From Nitrospirota bacterium (GTDB lineage: Bacteria > Nitrospirota > Nitrospiria > 2-01-FULL-66-17), in assembly GCA_049325335.1 (NCBI GenBank), contig JBMOMC010000007.1, positions 192,001-256,000 of the forward strand: 64,000 nt of DNA, given 5' to 3'. This document shows, in pieces, positions 58,240 through 64,000 of the stretch (positions within the stretch are counted from its first letter, which is position 1; each line of letters starts with the position of its first letter). The notes under the pieces are model-generated. The model worked only from the letters and a program-made list of their open reading frames with translations. It made no database searches and was not told where the DNA came from. A program made the position numbers and the translations under genes.

Positions 58240-58517
58240 TCCGTCCTCCTCCGTGTACCCCCTGTTCCTGGGAGCATGTGAATAATCCCCGGAGCTCCGG
58301 GACTCCGTCCGTCGAAAGGCGATTCCATACCGCCCCCAATGGCGGAACATCTTACACAGAAACACATCAGGAATCGAGCAAAAAATGTGTGGACAGGATA
58401 TCGGCCAAACACGGCCGTTGGATCACGGAACGCCCGGAGGCCGATGTCGCTCGACACCGACCTCCGGTATCCCGACGCACCAACCGACGGCCCGGCCTCG
58501 ATTCGTTACAACGCTCG

Positions 58518-60417
<1,900 letters not shown>

Positions 60418-60501
60418 AGCCCCTACTCCTTGTGTGAAACGTTCGTGAAAGGGTGAACACCACCGCCTCGCCACCACCACCCCGCTGACACAGGGACCTT
60501 T

Positions 60502-60517
60502 AGCAAGCACGGGGCCA
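60502..60517 (-). promoter_or_regulatory. sigma54 (-24/-12) promoter of amtB-glnK
   Basis: TGGCCCCGTGCTTGCT (GG-N10-GC) ~85 nt upstream of the amtB start. Confidence 0.8.
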
Positions 60518-60624
60518 CCACATCCGATCCACCTGACGTCGCGTCACCGCACTGAAAACACTTGAGAAAATCCCATCAGGATGGTGTGGCGACCTCCATT
60601 GAGACACGACAGGCGACCACCAGG

Positions 60625-60846
60625 TCAGACATTTTTGTCGAGAGCCGACACTTTTGTCGAACGCACGATGCCGTATTTCTTCATCTTGTAGCGCAGCACG
60701 CGTTCGCTGATTCCGAGGCGGCGTGCCGCCTCGGACTGACTCCCGCTCGCCGCGGCCAATGCGCGCGTGATGAGGTCGCGCTCTAAATGCTCCACCGCGT
60801 TGCGGATCGAGGCATCCGTGTCATGCCGCGCGGCGTTCCCGCTCAT
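60625..60846 (-). CDS. Stand-alone Fis-type (HTH_8) DNA-binding protein
   Basis: LERDLITRAL....G.QSEAARRLGISERVLRYKMKKYGI; ATGA overlap with the nitrite reductase stop. Confidence 0.82.
   Translation of the reverse strand: MSGNAARHDTDASIRNAVEHLERDLITRALAAASGSQSEAARRLGISERVLRYKMKKYGIVRSTKVSALDKNV
60627..60659. promoter_or_regulatory. Tandem palindromes, candidate enhancer sites for the amtB promoter
   Basis: AGACA-TTTT-TGTCG (60627-60640) and CGACA-CTTT-TGTCG (60646-60659). Confidence 0.7.
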
Positions 60847-63812
60847 GACCGCGGCTCCGTGGGCGCTCCGTCGCCGTGCGCGACGTGAACGGCCTTATCG
60901 CGGATCACGTGGCGCGCCAACCCCTCGAGTACGGATTCCAAGGCGTCGCACGGGACGTCTTCCATGATCTTGCTGCCGGGTTCGGTGCGCGGGCCGGATC
61001 GGCCGCCGACGAAAATATCCACCGCGTCCACAACGTGGCCGTTGATCTTGGCCCGTTTGCCCAACAGACCGATATCCGCCATCAGGTGGTTGCCGCAGCC
61101 CGACGGGCACCCGGACCAGTGGATCGAAACGGGTTTGCTGACGGAGACCTTCTGCTCCAACGCCCGCGCGATCGCGAGTGCGCGCGATTTGGTTTCGATC
61201 AACGCGAGACCGCAGTAGTCGGTCCCGGGACAGGCCACCAGACCGCGCATGATTTCGGAGGGATTGTAGGGCACCTCTTTGAGCAACGGCTCGTCGGCCA
61301 ACAACGCGCCAAGCTTGCGGTCCGGAACATTCACGAGGACCACGTTCTGTTCCGGCGTGATACGGATTTCGCCGCTGCCATAGCGCTCCGCGAGCCGGGC
61401 CAGGTCCTCGATCTGCTCGACGGTCAACCGCCCGATCGGCACCGCGAGCCCCACGTAGTTGAGGCCGGGTTGCTTCTGCCGGAACACGCCGATGTGCGTG
61501 TTCTTTTTTTTTGCATTCCGCTCATCGGTCCCAGCGCGAAGGAGCGGCCGGCCGACTCGCTGTTCGATGTCGGTGCGAAACCGCTTGGCGCCCCACTCCT
61601 GCACTAGAAACGCGAGTCGCGATTTGTTGCGGGCTTCGCGTGGACCATGGTCGCGGAATACCCAAATAATGGCGCTCGCAACATCCACCGCCTCCTCGGG
61701 CCGAACAAACACGTCCAGCGGGGTCGCCGGGGTGAATCCCCCCGATCCTTGCTTGCCACCGACCGCAACGTTGAATCCCATCACGGGTTCCCCGTCGATG
61801 GTCCGCGAGGCGGGCGTCATGGCGATATCTTGGGACTCGGAATGCGTGCAATTCTCCCGACAACCGGTGATGACGATGTTGAGCTTGCGCGGCAGATCCG
61901 TGAACTCCCGGTTGTTGATGAATCGCTGGGTGAGCGCGCGATTGATCCCCGCGGTATCCAGGGTTTCGGTCGGGGCCAGGCCCGTGACCGAACAGCCCAT
62001 GACGTTGCGGATGTTGTCCATGCCGGTCTGCATGGTGGTCAGCCCCACGGCCTGGAGCGCGTCCAAGATCGCGGGAATCTGCTCGATCGTCATCCACCGC
62101 AACTGCACCTGCTGCCGGGTGGTCAACTCCGCGAATCCGCGGCCGAACTCGCGCGCGATTCGGGCGAATTCACGGAACTGCGCGGCCGTGGCGATCCCAT
62201 TGGTCACGCGCACGCGCAGCATGAAGTGCCCGGGCGTGGGCGTTCGCAGAAACACGCCGTACCACTTCAGGCGCTGCACGTCGTCTTCCGTGATCGTTTC
62301 CCATCCTTCCTTGGCATACCGGGACAGATCAGGAAGCACGTCCAGACCGGGTTTGGCTTTCTTGAGCTGTTCGATCTTATTCGGCGCTTTCATCGCGACG
62401 GCGCCCTGCGCAGAAGCCGGCGCCAGGATCGCCAACAGTTCGTCCACCAACCCGACGCAGGTTCCGCAGCCGGTGGTGGCGCGCGTGCACTCCGCGATCT
62501 GTTGGCGCGAGGTGCACCCTTTGTCCTGAATCGCGGCCGCGATCTCGCTTTTGGTGACGCTGTTGCAGTTGCAGATCGTAGCGCTCTCCGACAGGTCGGC
62601 CACGCTGGCGGCCGTCGACTCCCCTCCGGCCAACAACGTCGCGCGTTCGGCGGAAATATCGGTCCCGGCCGCCATCTTCTCGCGGATCGCCTGACTGCCC
62701 GACGAATCACCGAGGAAAATCGCGCCTACGATCCGTTGGTCGCGGATCACGAGCTTCTTGTAGCTCTCCATCCCGGTATCGCACGAGAGCAGCACCTCGT
62801 CCGCGTCGGATCGCTCGATCACTTGCCCCATGGACGTGAGGTGAATGCCGGCCACTTTGAGCGTGGCCTGGGTGACCGATCCTTCGTAACGCAGGCGTCC
62901 TTCGCCCGCGATCGCGTCCGCCGCCACCTTGGCCTGTTCGAACAGCGGCGCCACCAACCCGTACGTTTGGCCCCGGTGTTCCACGCACTCGCCCACCGCG
63001 TACACGCCGTCAACCGACGCGGCCATGGTGTCGTCGACCAACACGCCGCGGTTCACGGCCAAACCCGCCTCGCGCGCGAGTTGCACGTTGGGCCGGATGC
63101 CGGCGGTGATCAGCACCAGATCGGTCTCGATCACCTCGCCGGTGGATAACCGTACGGCTGCGACCGCGTCATCGCCCAGGATCGTTTCCACGGTGCACGA
63201 CAGCCGCACCGCAATCCCCATCTTCTCGATCCGCCGACGCAACAAGGCCCCGGCCCCGGCATCGAGTTGTTGTTCCATCAGATGCCCGGCCAGGTGCGCC
63301 ACGGTCACGTGCATCCCGCGGTTGGTGAGACCGCGCGCGGCTTCCAGGCCCAACAGCCCGCCGCCCACCACCACCCCGCGGCGGTGGGACGCGGCCCACC
63401 GGATCATGCCCTCGGTGTCGTCGATATTCCGAAAGGTGAACACGCCGCGTTTGTCCAACCCGCTGATCGGAGGAAGGAACGGCGTGCTGCCGGTGGCCAG
63501 CAGCAGCCGGTCGTATCCCACGCGCGTCCCTTCCTGCGTGACCACGGCTCGATTCGGAAGATCCAGCGCGGACACACACATTCCGGTATACAGGTCGATT
63601 CCGTGTCGGTCGTACCACTCGCGCGGATTGAGAATGGTGTCTTGCACGGACTTGGCGGCCGCGAGCACGTCCGACAACAGGATACGGTTGTAGTTGACGT
63701 ACGGCTCCGCGCCGAACACCGTAATGCGCGGCGGATTGGGACGGGTCACCATTGCTTCCGCGGTCGCAATGCCGGCCATGCCGTTGCCGACCACCACCAC
63801 GTGTGTGGTCAT
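60843..63812 (-). CDS. Assimilatory nitrite reductase: NirB-type FAD/NAD(P)H + BFD-like [2Fe-2S] module fused to a complete NirA-type siroheme domain
   Basis: GNGMAG, YNRILLS, GGGLLGLEAA, GEC.EH, CNC...GCGTC, RLKWYG, TTRQQ.Q, DNIRN, LPRK, CPGTDYC...GCPSGC. Confidence 0.9.
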   Translation of the reverse strand: MTTHVVVVGNGMAGIATAEAMVTRPNPPRITVFGAEPYVNYNRILLSDVLAAAKSVQDTILNPREWYDRHGIDLYTGMCVSALDLPNRAVVTQEGTRVGYDRLLLATGSTPFLPPISGLDKRGVFTFRNIDDTEGMIRWAASHRRGVVVGGGLLGLEAARGLTNRGMHVTVAHLAGHLMEQQLDAGAGALLRRRIEKMGIAVRLSCTVETILGDDAVAAVRLSTGEVIETDLVLITAGIRPNVQLAREAGLAVNRGVLVDDTMAASVDGVYAVGECVEHRGQTYGLVAPLFEQAKVAADAIAGEGRLRYEGSVTQATLKVAGIHLTSMGQVIERSDADEVLLSCDTGMESYKKLVIRDQRIVGAIFLGDSSGSQAIREKMAAGTDISAERATLLAGGESTAASVADLSESATICNCNSVTKSEIAAAIQDKGCTSRQQIAECTRATTGCGTCVGLVDELLAILAPASAQGAVAMKAPNKIEQLKKAKPGLDVLPDLSRYAKEGWETITEDDVQRLKWYGVFLRTPTPGHFMLRVRVTNGIATAAQFREFARIAREFGRGFAELTTRQQVQLRWMTIEQIPAILDALQAVGLTTMQTGMDNIRNVMGCSVTGLAPTETLDTAGINRALTQRFINNREFTDLPRKLNIVITGCRENCTHSESQDIAMTPASRTIDGEPVMGFNVAVGGKQGSGGFTPATPLDVFVRPEEAVDVASAIIWVFRDHGPREARNKSRLAFLVQEWGAKRFRTDIEQRVGRPLLRAGTDERNAKKKNTHIGVFRQKQPGLNYVGLAVPIGRLTVEQIEDLARLAERYGSGEIRITPEQNVVLVNVPDRKLGALLADEPLLKEVPYNPSEIMRGLVACPGTDYCGLALIETKSRALAIARALEQKVSVSKPVSIHWSGCPSGCGNHLMADIGLLGKRAKINGHVVDAVDIFVGGRSGPRTEPGSKIMEDVPCDALESVLEGLARHVIRDKAVHVAHGDGAPTEPRS

Positions 63813-63841
63813 TGCACGTTCTCCATCGGTATCAACACATG

Positions 63842-63857
63842 AGCAAACCGTGTACCA
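63842..63857 (-). promoter_or_regulatory. sigma54 (-24/-12) promoter of the nitrite reductase operon
   Basis: TGGTACACGGTTTGCT (GG-N10-GC) ~30 nt upstream of ATG 63812. Confidence 0.82.
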
Positions 63858-63923
63858 GCGTCAAATCGGCTGTCAGCGTCCAAACCAAACGTTGAGTGTC
63901 TTCCTGGCCTGCTCAGAGGCGGG

Positions 63924-63975
63924 TTCGACGATATTGTCGAACACTTCTGTGAAGCTTGGATCGACAATTCTGTCG
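63924..63975. promoter_or_regulatory. Tandem palindromes, candidate enhancer sites for the nitrite reductase promoter
   Basis: TTCGACG-ATAT-TGTCGAA (63924-63941) and CGACA-ATTC-TGTCG (63962-63975). Confidence 0.7.
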
Positions 63976-64000
63976 GATGGGCGCCAAACACGGGCTCAAC

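Noticed and set aside
60418..60510. Longer amtB start at 60510
   Set aside because: It overlaps the sigma54 promoter; ATG 60417 has a good RBS.
63809..63991. 60-aa ORF upstream of the nitrite reductase
   Set aside because: It spans the promoter and enhancer motifs and has no protein-like features.

Overview
GC-rich bacterial chromosomal window. The gene content (Nitrospira-type monoheme cytochromes c, an amtB/P-II/porin cluster, sigma54 nitrogen control) suggests Nitrospirota or a related lineage; this is inference only. Bases 1-26434 hold one uninterrupted minus-strand ORF of at least 8811 codons that runs off the left edge, which is why the ORF track misses it. It encodes a Sec-signal giant surface protein with four N-terminal beta-rich repeats, about 71 FN3-like units, a 7-bladed FG-GAP propeller, four cadherin-like domains and a unique insert. 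The rest contains two cytochromes c, a GH63-gnd-zwf-glk operon, and an orphan zinc-ribbon/PilB-GspE/CheY trio. It also has a long ipdC-fadE-SDR-debranching enzyme-TVP38-DUF3047-flavoprotein run, rlpA, purC and actP. Near the right end lie a membrane-fused Fe-ADH-like protein lacking two metal ligands beside a diguanylate cyclase, and a sigma54 nitrogen island (NirB-type/NirA fusion, stand-alone Fis-type HTH, amtB, two near-identical P-II genes flanking a porin) with a shared CGACA-N4-TGTCG palindrome. I saw no rRNA, tRNA, CRISPR array or transposase.
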